Below, one piece after another: positions 16,668 to 25,703 of a stretch of 64,000 bases of DNA (within the stretch, counting starts at the first letter, position 1; each line of letters begins with the position of its first letter). The translations under genes and the position numbers were made by a program. The DNA comes from Gemmatimonadota bacterium (GTDB lineage: Bacteria > Gemmatimonadota > Gemmatimonadetes > Longimicrobiales > Gaopeijiaceae). Under the pieces are notes generated by a model. The model was given only the letters and a program-made list of their open reading frames with translations. It had not been told where the DNA came from and did not search any database. The stretch is taken from contig JAGWBP010000007.1 of NCBI GenBank assembly GCA_021295835.1, positions 36,095-100,094 on the forward strand, given 5' to 3'.

Positions 16668-18512
16668 CTAACGCGGCAACCCTTCGCTGAAGGTTACGGC
16701 GATGTCTCCCCGGACGGGGACGATGTCGCCTTTGCTCCAGTCTCGGAGCACGGCCCGCAGCCCGCCGGTGGCGCGGTCGGTCACGAGTGCCATTGGGGGG
16801 GCGCCGGAGGGCTCCAGCTGTGCGCTCCCAGCCGGACCGGAGAGCTCCACCCGGGCGAGCGCGCCGTCCACGGCCGCGTCGAACGGAACCGCGAAGAGGA
16901 ACATACCGCCGCCGAACTCCGTCGGGCGCGGCGAGAAGCTCAGCGCGAAGAGGCTCTGCCCTCCTTCCCCGAACCCCTCCAGCCGGTAGGGACCCGGCGC
17001 GGCGGGCATCGTGGGGGGCAGATTCGTCACAAACGCCGGGTCCAGGACGACGCCCTCGTCCCCGACTCTGCCCCAGAGCAGGAGCGTGGTGCCGTGGGCG
17101 CGGCCGAACGTGCCGTCGCTAGCTGCCGCAGGAGCAACGAGCGCTTCCTCAACGTGCTCGCGAAAGTCGATCGCTCGCGCGAAGTGGTAGTCGCTGACCC
17201 ACCTCGGAGCGCAGTACCCCATCACGTCACGGTGGAGCAGCGGGTGAACGAGCCGACGCGTGGTCGGGTTGTACCCCCAGGCCCCGGTCACTCCGTTCTC
17301 GTAGGGGTAGTCCTCGTCGGCATCGCCCGTGCCTCCGCACGGCGCATGCTGAAGGGCCATGTTGTGCCCCAGCTCGTGAGTGAGCGTCTCGGTATCGGCG
17401 GTCCCGACAGAGGCGGGGAAGCCGATAATGCCGAGTCCGCGCCAGCGGCGCGATGGGTCCGGCGCCACGGCGCCGTAGTAGTAGCCCCGCGAACCCTCCC
17501 TAGTTCGCAGAAACGCGATCTCGGCCAGGAGCTGCCCCCAACCTTCGGCTGTCTCAAGGTCGGCCGTAGTGACAATCCCGTCGTGAGGAAGGAGAGTGAT
17601 CTCCGCTATCGGCAACACCGCGCGAGGCAGGCGCAGCTCCTCGCCGTCGGCGGTCAGCCCCGCCGCCCAGGCGCGGACATCCATCTCGGGAGCGGAATCC
17701 GACGCGATCTCCACAGGCACCACCGTCAGCTCGAATGGACCGAGCTGGCGCACGTCGAGCGGCATCCTCCCCTCTGCGGGCACCCTCAACTGACTGCCGG
17801 GAGCGTGTGGCACGGCTCCTTCGCGGTCGATCTCGACGACGAACTCCACCCCTGGACGGAGAGCCCCGCCCGGAATCGGGACGTTGAAGGACATGTCGAG
17901 CCGACCCTCGTCGACTTCGGTCGGAAAAAACTCCGACTGGAGCGCGACGTCGGCCCAGTGCACCAGCTCGTCGCCCAGGTAGAAGGAGGCGGTGGCGCGG
18001 GGCCGGTAGAAGCTCGGCAGGTCGCCCGTGGCAAAGATCCTCATTAGGGCCGCGCGGCCGGCGATCAGCGGCACATCTCCGTCGATGCTCTGCACGGCCT
18101 GCGTCACGGTCACCGCTGGCACGGAGAGTACGAGCCTCTCTGGGTTCACGCGCAACCGCGTGCGGGCCACAAGACCCGCCAAGGTCGCCCTGACCTCGGT
18201 GTCGACGTGCACCCCCGCCTCCACCCGGCCGTCGTCCCATAGGTAGACGGCGGCGGGATCGGGCGTCCTCCACTTCGGGGTGGCCCAAGCGGGGACTCCC
18301 GAGAAGGGGACGCCGTGCTGATCGAGCACGTGGATCTTGAAGCGCGCGGTGTCTCCAACCCTCAGGATCGTGTCGTCAGGATGGATGATCAGCTCCGAAG
18401 GCACTCGGGCGGCCTCTAGGGCAAAGTCGCCGCATCCCGCCAGCGTGAGAGCCGATGTTCCGAGGAGGCAGCGGACTACCCGACCCAGCCTCTGCGGCCT
18501 CCGTACCCTCAG
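16668..18512 (-). CDS. Lipoprotein zinc metalloprotease with N-terminal Big_2-like domain (HExxH, M66/metzincin-like), paralog 1
   Basis: HELGHNMALQHAPCGG motif. It is paralogous to 18509-20314 along its full length. The track ORF starts at GTG 18404, but the in-frame upstream sequence encodes ...LGRVVRCLLGTSALTLAGCGDFALEAAR, with a lipobox that aligns to the paralog. Only CTG starts are available (18512, forming CTGA with the upstream stop, or 18488). Confidence 0.7.
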   Translation of the reverse strand: MRVRRPQRLGRVVRCLLGTSALTLAGCGDFALEAARVPSELIIHPDDTILRVGDTARFKIHVLDQHGVPFSGVPAWATPKWRTPDPAAVYLWDDGRVEAGVHVDTEVRATLAGLVARTRLRVNPERLVLSVPAVTVTQAVQSIDGDVPLIAGRAALMRIFATGDLPSFYRPRATASFYLGDELVHWADVALQSEFFPTEVDEGRLDMSFNVPIPGGALRPGVEFVVEIDREGAVPHAPGSQLRVPAEGRMPLDVRQLGPFELTVVPVEIASDSAPEMDVRAWAAGLTADGEELRLPRAVLPIAEITLLPHDGIVTTADLETAEGWGQLLAEIAFLRTREGSRGYYYGAVAPDPSRRWRGLGIIGFPASVGTADTETLTHELGHNMALQHAPCGGTGDADEDYPYENGVTGAWGYNPTTRRLVHPLLHRDVMGYCAPRWVSDYHFARAIDFREHVEEALVAPAAASDGTFGRAHGTTLLLWGRVGDEGVVLDPAFVTNLPPTMPAAPGPYRLEGFGEGGQSLFALSFSPRPTEFGGGMFLFAVPFDAAVDGALARVELSGPAGSAQLEPSGAPPMALVTDRATGGLRAVLRDWSKGDIVPVRGDIAVTFSEGLPR

Positions 18513-20314
18513 CGCGCGTCTCCGGGAATGCCGCCGCTGACGAGAACGTAGGGGCCGGTGGGATCGCCCGGCAGGTGGTCTCCCTCCCAGTCCCGCCGTA
18601 TCGCCAGTACGTCGCCGGTCCCACGATCCCTGACGATCGCCATCGTCCGCCCGCCCGACGGCCCCAGCTCGGCACGGCCAGCTGGCCCAGAGAGGAGCAC
18701 CCTCTCGAGCGGTCCGTCGCGCCCAGCCTCGTAAGGCACATTGAAGAGGAAGTGCGCACCTCCGTGGTCAACCGGAGTGGGCGCGAAACTCAGGTCGAAT
18801 CTGACCTCGCCACCGGGCCCCAGCCCCTGGAGCCGATAGCGACCTGGCCGCTCCGGCAGACTCGGCACCGCATCGGCGAAAAAGGCTGGCTCGAGTAGCA
18901 CCTCCTCCGAGCTGGCGCTTCCCCAGAGCATCAGCGTCGGCTCCTTGGCGCCAGCCGGAGGCGGGGCGCTCTCTTCTTCGAGCCGATGCCTCATCGAGAG
19001 GACGAAGTGGTAGTCGCTCACCCAGTCGGGGAGGCAGTAGCCCATCAGATCCCGATGTATGCTCGGGTCGACGAGCTTGCCGCTCGCGAAGTCGTACCCC
19101 CAGTGGCCGGTCTGGCCATCCTGGTAGGGGTAGCCCGGATCGGGATAGGCCGCCCCCCCGCACGGCGCGTGGCGGAGCGACGTGTTGTGCCCCAGCTCGT
19201 GCGCGTAGGTGTCGTGCCTGGGCCGGCCGACGCTGACCGGACGACCGACGAAGCCGCGCCCCCCGGAGGGCGACCCCTCGGGGAGTACCACCACCCCGTA
19301 GTAGTACCCGATGCGCCCCTCCATATTCCAGATGGCCTCGATCTCGCGCAGGTACTGGCTCCACCCTGCCGAGGTGGTTAGGTCGGCGTCGGACTCGTAG
19401 GTCTCGTGCACGGTCACGGTCATCTCGCCGACCGGAAGCATCGTGCGCGCCATCTGCACCTGCGGACTCTCCGGAGAGATGTCGTCGGTCCAGTCGAAGA
19501 CGCCCTCGTCCCGGTGCAGCGTGAGGAGGGTGGGCACAAAGGTCTGTTCCAGCACAGGCATCTCGACGATATCCAAGACCATCCTGCCCTCCGCTGGCAC
19601 GCGCGTCCGACTCCCAGGCGACTTGGGCACCACGTCCTCCGGATCCAACTCGACCAAGAGCTCGAGCCCGGGCCGAACCAGCCGACCCGGCACCAGCAGG
19701 TTGTGGGAGCGGGTCAGACTGCTCTCAACGACCTCGGGCGAGAGCACCTGGTGCTCAACTTCCAGCACTTCGGCGAGCACCACCTCGCCGTCGTGATAGA
19801 GGGTGACCCTCACCTTGGGGGGAAGGTAGTAGTTCAACTGGTCGGCGGTCACGAAGACGCGGAGCAGCGCCTGTCGGCCCGCGATGAGCGGAACGTCTGA
19901 CTCTCGGTTCTGGATGACCTGGTTCAGGTAGACGGCCGGGGACGAGAGGAGGACGCTCCTGGGGTTGGTCCGAAGTCGCGCCGTCGCACGGCGGCCAGCG
20001 ACCTCGACATCCACCTCGACGCTCCCGCCCTTCAACGCCTCGAATTCGCCGCCAGGCTGGATCGCGACGATTCCCGGGGCGCTCGGGGTCCACCTGGGAG
20101 GTGCCCACCCGGGCGGGCCCGGCATCGGGTTGCCGTCCTGATCGAGAACGACGAGTGACAGCTTGGCCGGATCACCCACCGTTACCAAGGTGTCCGCAGG
20201 GGTCAGGACCAGGGAGGTTGGGAGGTGCCTGGCCTCCAAGGCGAGATCGCAAGCCAGCAGGGCGAGCGCCGCGCACGCCGCGGAGCCGCCGCCCGCCCTG
20301 CCGAGCGAAGGCAT
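18509..20314 (-). CDS. Lipoprotein zinc metalloprotease with N-terminal Big_2-like domain, paralog 2
   Basis: 601 aa. It has a signal peptide with lipobox ALALLAC, an Ig-like region (LVLTPADTLVTVGDPAKLSLVVLDQDGNPM) and the HELGHNTSLRHAPCGGA motif. Confidence 0.8.
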   Translation of the reverse strand: MPSLGRAGGGSAACAALALLACDLALEARHLPTSLVLTPADTLVTVGDPAKLSLVVLDQDGNPMPGPPGWAPPRWTPSAPGIVAIQPGGEFEALKGGSVEVDVEVAGRRATARLRTNPRSVLLSSPAVYLNQVIQNRESDVPLIAGRQALLRVFVTADQLNYYLPPKVRVTLYHDGEVVLAEVLEVEHQVLSPEVVESSLTRSHNLLVPGRLVRPGLELLVELDPEDVVPKSPGSRTRVPAEGRMVLDIVEMPVLEQTFVPTLLTLHRDEGVFDWTDDISPESPQVQMARTMLPVGEMTVTVHETYESDADLTTSAGWSQYLREIEAIWNMEGRIGYYYGVVVLPEGSPSGGRGFVGRPVSVGRPRHDTYAHELGHNTSLRHAPCGGAAYPDPGYPYQDGQTGHWGYDFASGKLVDPSIHRDLMGYCLPDWVSDYHFVLSMRHRLEEESAPPPAGAKEPTLMLWGSASSEEVLLEPAFFADAVPSLPERPGRYRLQGLGPGGEVRFDLSFAPTPVDHGGAHFLFNVPYEAGRDGPLERVLLSGPAGRAELGPSGGRTMAIVRDRGTGDVLAIRRDWEGDHLPGDPTGPYVLVSGGIPGDAR

Positions 20315-20323
20315 CAGCTCCTC

Positions 20324-20986
20324 CTACGACCCCCCGCCGATCCGGTAGGCTATCGCCAGGTCAATCGAATAGGCAGAGGCGGTGGCGTCGTCCGCCACGT
20401 TATCGCCACCCTCTCGTGGCTGGGAGGCCGACATCTGGCGTCGTGTCAGGCCGGGGACGAATAGGAACGAGCCCTTGCCCACGTTCAGCCCTACGGCCGT
20501 GTGGATGCCAATTCCCATTTCGGGTTCCGGGTGCGTCTCGGGGTCGTTGTCTGCACCCCGGGTCATCCCGGCGCTCCCGTACATGACTCCGGCCCGGACC
20601 CACGGTCTGGCTGGCGCATCGGCCATGCTCGCCGGGCTCCACTCGCCACCGACCACGATGTGGTTGCCGACCAGCCTGAGTGGCGGAGCTTCCTCGCCCT
20701 GCAAGCATAGGTACTCTTCGCACCCGAAGGAGGTGCGGAGAAACCCACCGTAGGCACCAAAGCCTGGCGCGACCTGCCTTCGGAACAAGAGATCGAAGGA
20801 CAGCCTCGGAGCCATCTCGAAGGCGGCGGCCGATGTGCTATGGTTGCCAGCCGTGACCCCCGCGCGCACCTCGACCTGCAGCGTCTCCTGGCTCTGGGCC
20901 GCAGCGGGGAGATGCGCCGCCACCGCCCCGAGCACGGCAATCAGCGCCGCCCCGACCGAGCCACGCCGGATTGAATGCACCATCAT
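20324..20986 (-). CDS. Outer-membrane beta-barrel protein (small OMP_b-brl/OmpW-like)
   Basis: 220 aa. It has a signal peptide ending AAAQSQ and alternating-hydrophobicity strands rich in G/Y/F/R. It ends 10 nt upstream of the protease genes on the same strand. Confidence 0.6.
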   Translation of the reverse strand: MMVHSIRRGSVGAALIAVLGAVAAHLPAAAQSQETLQVEVRAGVTAGNHSTSAAAFEMAPRLSFDLLFRRQVAPGFGAYGGFLRTSFGCEEYLCLQGEEAPPLRLVGNHIVVGGEWSPASMADAPARPWVRAGVMYGSAGMTRGADNDPETHPEPEMGIGIHTAVGLNVGKGSFLFVPGLTRRQMSASQPREGGDNVADDATASAYSIDLAIAYRIGGGS

Positions 20987-21108
20987 CTTACGCCTCCTGG
21001 TAGTCCATCACTGTTGGTAGTGCACGCGTCGAGGGGCCTCCCTCTACGCCCGCCGGTAGGTTCCCACTAGTCGCGTTGAGGTCCGCGAACCCTAATAGTA
21101 TCCCCCAT

Positions 21109-21262
21109 GGCAGCCCGTGGACAGCCCATGGTCTACAGTACCCTTACCCGTGGCTTCGCTCTTTGTTCCTCCTCGGACCGGTAGCGCTGCTACCAGCCCC
21201 TGCGGTCCGCAGATGCACCCTGGCGGCATTCGAGGGGCGCTCATGCGGATCGAAACGCAGCC
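21109..21262. repeat. Most complete mosaic repeat copy (reverse alpha half + forward gamma module)
   Basis: GGCAGCCCGTGGACAGCCCATGGTCTACAGTACCCTTACCCGTGGCTTCGCTCTTTGTTCCTCCTCGGACCGGTAGCGCTGCTACCAGCCCCTGCGGTCCGCAGATGCACCCTGGCGGCATTCGAGGGGCGCTCATGCGGATCGAAACGC. It overlaps the last codons and the stop of the DUF1080 gene. Confidence 0.85.
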
Positions 21263-22020
21263 GCGCGGTGCCGGCGTCGAATGCGCAGATTCCGGTACCA
21301 CACCGGATCGCCGTGATCCTGAAGGCCGATGTGCCCGGTCGAACTCATCCCGTAGGCGGGCCAGTCGGCGAACTTGCTGGCGGCCACCGCTGCCCGCCAC
21401 TCATCGCTCGCCAGCTCGTAGGCGACTACCAGGGCGCCGTTCAGCCAATGCTCGACGAGCGCCCCGTGGACGAGAATCCGGGAGTAGTTCCACTCCCCGA
21501 CCGGGCGGGTCATATCCTCGCCGGGGCCGTGCAGGGCGAAGTTGGCACCGGCAGAGCTCTCGGGCGCGCCCCCGTCCGGATGGCCACCGTTGTCGAGGAT
21601 CTGGTACTCGGGGCCCGACCAGTATGGCGCCGACTCCGTCTCCAAGACGCGATAGAAGACGCCGCTGTTGCCGCCCTCGGAAATACGCCACTCGAAGACG
21701 AGCTCGAAGTCGGCGAAGCGATCCCTGGAGATCAGCGTCCCGCCCTCGGTTCCGGGGAGGAATGCAATCGTGTCGCCATTCGCGCTCCAGGTGCCGGGAG
21801 CGTCATCGCGTCGGTAGCCCCGCCAGGCGTCCAGGGTGCCGTCGGAGAGGAGCGTCCAGTCGCTGATCCCTGCGGCCTCGTCAACAGCCACGGCGTCGGC
21901 AGCGCCGTCAACCGGGTCGTCCGCCCCCCGGTCGATCCTCTGGACCTTGCATGCGCCCGCACCTGCCAGGATCGCCGCGATCGCAATTGCCGAGAGCGGC
22001 TTGGATTGTACGCTACCCAT
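21241..22020 (-). CDS. DUF1080 (3-keto-disaccharide hydrolase-like, concanavalin-type) secreted protein
   Basis: ATG at 22020 shares one base with the upstream TGA. There is a signal/lipobox (ILAGAGAC). DUF1080 hallmarks are present: LDAWRGY...FELVFEWRISEGGNSGVFYR...GHIGLQDHGDPVWYRNLRI. Confidence 0.8.
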   Translation of the reverse strand: MGSVQSKPLSAIAIAAILAGAGACKVQRIDRGADDPVDGAADAVAVDEAAGISDWTLLSDGTLDAWRGYRRDDAPGTWSANGDTIAFLPGTEGGTLISRDRFADFELVFEWRISEGGNSGVFYRVLETESAPYWSGPEYQILDNGGHPDGGAPESSAGANFALHGPGEDMTRPVGEWNYSRILVHGALVEHWLNGALVVAYELASDEWRAAVAASKFADWPAYGMSSTGHIGLQDHGDPVWYRNLRIRRRHRAAAFRSA

Positions 22021-23045
22021 CACTGGCCGTCGTCTCCTCGACCGAGGTCGCTGCGAAATGCCTCGTCGAAGGCCGTGGCCGAGGGCCGGAAGTCCAGCCT
22101 CCTCACATAGCCGCACGCCTCTGCCGCCCCGTCTTCTCTGTCCATACCCGCATCCTCCCACTCGACTGAGAGGGGACCCTCGTAGCCTGCCCGGTTGAGC
22201 GCCCTGATCACCGCTTCAAAATCGACGCGTCCCCGGCCAGGCGACCGAAAGTCCCAGTAGCGCCGCGCGTCTCCGAATTCCGTGTGACCCCCGAAAATGC
22301 CCGCTTCCGCTGGCTGGCCCGACCACCACACGTCCTTAATGTGGACATGGTGGATGCGGTCGGCAAACCTGCGCACGAAATCGGCATAGTCGACACCCTG
22401 GTACGCCAGGTGGCTCGGGTCGTAGTTCAGTCCGAACGCAGGGTGCCCATCCAGAGATTGCAACGCCCGCTCCGTGGTGACGGTGTCGAAGGCGACTTCG
22501 GTGGGGTGCACCTCGAGCGCAAATCGGACGCCTTCGGCCGAAAACGTGTCAAGGATTGGGACCCAGCGTTCGGCGAACTCGGCGAACCCCCGGTCGATCC
22601 AGTCCCGCGGCACGGGCGGGAAGGAGTACAGGAGGTGCCAGACCGGGCTGCCGGTGAATCCGTTCACCACATCCACGCCGAGCTTCGCCGCTGCCCTGGC
22701 CGTGTCCTGCATCTCGCGCCGAGCGCGCGCCCGCACACCCTCCGCCTCCCCATCGCCCCACACGCGCGCCGGAAGAATCTCCCTGTGGCGCGCGTCTATC
22801 CGGTCGCACACGGCCTGGCCCGTCAGGTGGTTGCTGATCGCGTACACATCGAGGTCGCAATTGGCAAGCATCTCCCGGCGTGCGCGGCAATACCCGGGTT
22901 CGGAGAGCGCACGGTGCACATCGAAATGGTCGCCCCAGCACGCGAGCTCCAAACCGTCGTATCCCCACGCCGCCGCCTTCTCGGCCAGCGCCTCCAGCGG
23001 GAGATCGGCCCACTGGCCCGTGAAGAGCGTCACCGGGCGGCTCAC
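22020..23045 (-). CDS. Sugar phosphate isomerase/epimerase (xylose isomerase-like TIM barrel)
   Basis: GTG at 23045 overlaps the upstream TGA (GTGA). The AP-endonuclease-2/xylose-isomerase-like pattern is present: [14 protein letters not shown]...[10 protein letters not shown]...VHIKDV. Confidence 0.8.
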   Translation of the reverse strand: MSRPVTLFTGQWADLPLEALAEKAAAWGYDGLELACWGDHFDVHRALSEPGYCRARREMLANCDLDVYAISNHLTGQAVCDRIDARHREILPARVWGDGEAEGVRARARREMQDTARAAAKLGVDVVNGFTGSPVWHLLYSFPPVPRDWIDRGFAEFAERWVPILDTFSAEGVRFALEVHPTEVAFDTVTTERALQSLDGHPAFGLNYDPSHLAYQGVDYADFVRRFADRIHHVHIKDVWWSGQPAEAGIFGGHTEFGDARRYWDFRSPGRGRVDFEAVIRALNRAGYEGPLSVEWEDAGMDREDGAAEACGYVRRLDFRPSATAFDEAFRSDLGRGDDGQ

Positions 23046-24214
23046 AGGTCCTCCCGGGCGTCGATCCAGCCCCCTTGCTCGTATGCCTCCAGAACCTTGG
23101 CTATGAAGCGCACGCCACGTAGGCCGTCCGTGTGGTCGGGAACGTCGCAATCCCTGGGATCCGGTTCCGTTCCCGCGATCCTGGCGCCGATCACCCGGCC
23201 GGCCGAGCGGTAGATGTTCGCGAACGCCTCGATGAAGCCCTCGGGGTGGCCCGGCGGCAAGCGGCTCGCATGCCGCGCCCCCGCGCACAGGTACGGACGG
23301 CCCCGAGTCAGGCGCTGGTTCGGCCCGTCCGCCTCAAGGAGGTGAAGCACCTCGGGCTCCTCCTGCCTCCACACCACTGCGGCGCGCTCGCCGTAGACCC
23401 GGAGCGCCAGGCCGTTGTCCTCGCCTGTGGCCACCTGGCTGGCGGTGTAGATCCCGCGTGCGCGACCGGCGAACCGCACGAGAATGGCTGCGTCGTCCTC
23501 CATTGCGCGTCCCGGAACCAGAGTGGCGAGCTCCGCAAAGACCGCTTCGATTCTCAGCCCGGTCACGTAGCGGACAAGGTTGTGCATGTGCGACCCGATG
23601 TCGCCAACGGCCGACGAGGGCCCGGCCCGCGCCGGATCCTGACGCCAGGCCGCCTGCTTGTGGCCCGTTTCCTCGAGCCGGGTCGACAGCCAGCCCTGCG
23701 GGTATTCGGCGACCACCTTGCGCACCCCGCCCAACCGCCCGGAGCGGACTAGGTGGCGCGCCTCCTTGACCATCGGGTAGCCCGTGTAGTTGTGCGTCAG
23801 CGCGAAGGCGAGCCCCGTGCGCCTGACTGCGCGGCACAGCTCCTCCGCATGGGCCACGGTAGTGGCCATTGGCTTGTCGCAGACGACGTGAACGCCCCGG
23901 TCAAGAAAAGCCGTTGCGACCGGATGGTGGAGGTGGTTCGGCGTGACGACGGAGACCGCGTCAATGCGCCTTCCTACGTCCATAGCGGCTTCCGCCGCCG
24001 CCATCTCGGCGAACGATCCGTAGGCCCGGCCCGCATCCAGCCCCAATGCTGCTCCCCACTCTCGGGACCGCTTCGGGCGCGACGAAAACGCGCCTGCAAC
24101 CAGCTCCCACTCGCCGTCCAGCGCAGCCGCCATCCGGTGCACCGCCCCGATGAAGGCACCCGGACCGCCGCCCACCATGCCGTAGCGCAGCTTCCGGTCG
24201 AGATGCGGGTTCAC
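23042..24214 (-). CDS. Gfo/Idh/MocA-family NAD(P)-dependent oxidoreductase
   Basis: I chose GTG 24214. The N-terminal Rossmann motif is [18 protein letters not shown], and the family core is [29 protein letters not shown]. Confidence 0.85.
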   Translation of the reverse strand: MNPHLDRKLRYGMVGGGPGAFIGAVHRMAAALDGEWELVAGAFSSRPKRSREWGAALGLDAGRAYGSFAEMAAAEAAMDVGRRIDAVSVVTPNHLHHPVATAFLDRGVHVVCDKPMATTVAHAEELCRAVRRTGLAFALTHNYTGYPMVKEARHLVRSGRLGGVRKVVAEYPQGWLSTRLEETGHKQAAWRQDPARAGPSSAVGDIGSHMHNLVRYVTGLRIEAVFAELATLVPGRAMEDDAAILVRFAGRARGIYTASQVATGEDNGLALRVYGERAAVVWRQEEPEVLHLLEADGPNQRLTRGRPYLCAGARHASRLPPGHPEGFIEAFANIYRSAGRVIGARIAGTEPDPRDCDVPDHTDGLRGVRFIAKVLEAYEQGGWIDAREDL

Positions 24215-24233
24215 CGTCTTCCAGCAGGCGGAC

Positions 24234-25691
24234 TTAGGAGGGCCGGCGTCGGTCGCGCACGTACAGAAGACCGAAGACCAGCGCCAGGACGCCGCACAGC
24301 GGCACCAGGTACCGGAAGGAAATGAGGCCCCCGCGATTCTCGGCAGGTCCAAGGGCGGCCTGAGCGCGGCCGACAGCCGCAGAGGTCGAGCCGGATTCGA
24401 TGACGCTCCGAAGCGCGTTCGCGGTCTCCACCGGTGGAAGCTCTCCGTCCGCCTGGTGGCGCTCCAAGACGGCGGTCACGAGACCAAGCGCCGCGCGCAG
24501 GTCATCCCCCTCCGCTGCCGGCGTTCGCAGCGACTCCGATTCCAGCGCGCCGCGCGCTTCGACCAATATCGCGAGCCCGTCGTCCCCCGCCAGATCGTCG
24601 TGCGCGGCCCGGTCGGCGATGTTGCCCATCAGCGGCGAGGTGACGAGCCCGACCACAGCCATGCCGACCGTCCCCATCAGCCCCAGTCCCAGCGCCCCGC
24701 TCTTCGCGATCCGCTCGGAGACGAAGCCGAGCATCGTGGGCCAGAAATAGCAGACGCCCACCGCGAACACGGTGGCCGCAGCGAAGACGGACGCCGTCGC
24801 CCCGCCCAGGCTCAGCCAGAGCAGTCCGGCACCGGAGAGCACCGCCGAGGCCAGTAGAATTCCGGTCGGCGACAGCCGGTGCACCACGGGACCGGCCCAG
24901 TACCGCATCACGGCCATGATCGCGCTGATGTAGACGAGCACGAGAATCCCCGCCATTCCGCTCGCTTCCAGGACGGCGGGCAGCCAACGATTGGGTCCGA
25001 GTTCGACCGATGCCGTCGCCGCCATGCAGAGCAGCATGAGCCACATCAGCGGCGTTTGCAGGGTGGCCCGGAACATCTCGCTGACCGACACGCCCGAACT
25101 CACGCCTTCGGTGGCTGGGAATCGCTGGCGCAGCAGCAGTGCGCCGTACACCACGGTCGGGACCACGATGAGACCGATCTTGACTTGCCAGGAGGTGATG
25201 CCCGCACCGTCGAGGAAATAGGCCGCGAGCCCCCCGAGTACGATGCCGCCTGGGAACCAGACGTGAAACTGGTTCAGCTTGACGGTCTTGTTGTCGGGGT
25301 AGAGCGCGGCCACCAGCGGGTTGCACGCCGCCTCGACGAGACCATTGGCCATTGCGATGACGAGCGCGCCCGCGAACAAGGTCTCGAACCCGGTGGCGAA
25401 GACGAGGATGGCCGCGCCGCCCAGGTGACCCAGGAAGGCCATCCGCACCAGGAAGCGCATCCCGAGCGTGTCGCAGAGGGGAGCGAAGACGACTTGGGAC
25501 ACCGCGAACCCCCAGAGCGCCGCCCCCCCGATCCAACCCACCTGCGCGTTGTTGAGGACGAATTCGCCCTTCAGGTCGAACATCACCGCGCCGACAATCG
25601 CGAACGCGACCGAAGTCGCGACGAGCGCGACGCAGCTGCCGACGAAGAGCCGACCCACGCTGACCCCGACTCCGGGACTCGCGGGGTTCAC
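24234..25691 (-). CDS. MFS transporter with a C-terminal soluble insert and an extra TM helix
   Basis: 485 aa with a GTG start and 12 predicted TM helices (e.g. GWIGGAALWGFAVSQVVFAPLCDTLGMRF). It is the first gene of a four-gene same-strand cluster. Confidence 0.8.
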   Translation of the reverse strand: MNPASPGVGVSVGRLFVGSCVALVATSVAFAIVGAVMFDLKGEFVLNNAQVGWIGGAALWGFAVSQVVFAPLCDTLGMRFLVRMAFLGHLGGAAILVFATGFETLFAGALVIAMANGLVEAACNPLVAALYPDNKTVKLNQFHVWFPGGIVLGGLAAYFLDGAGITSWQVKIGLIVVPTVVYGALLLRQRFPATEGVSSGVSVSEMFRATLQTPLMWLMLLCMAATASVELGPNRWLPAVLEASGMAGILVLVYISAIMAVMRYWAGPVVHRLSPTGILLASAVLSGAGLLWLSLGGATASVFAAATVFAVGVCYFWPTMLGFVSERIAKSGALGLGLMGTVGMAVVGLVTSPLMGNIADRAAHDDLAGDDGLAILVEARGALESESLRTPAAEGDDLRAALGLVTAVLERHQADGELPPVETANALRSVIESGSTSAAVGRAQAALGPAENRGGLISFRYLVPLCGVLALVFGLLYVRDRRRPS

Positions 25692-25703
25692 AGCGAGGCT
25701 GGC

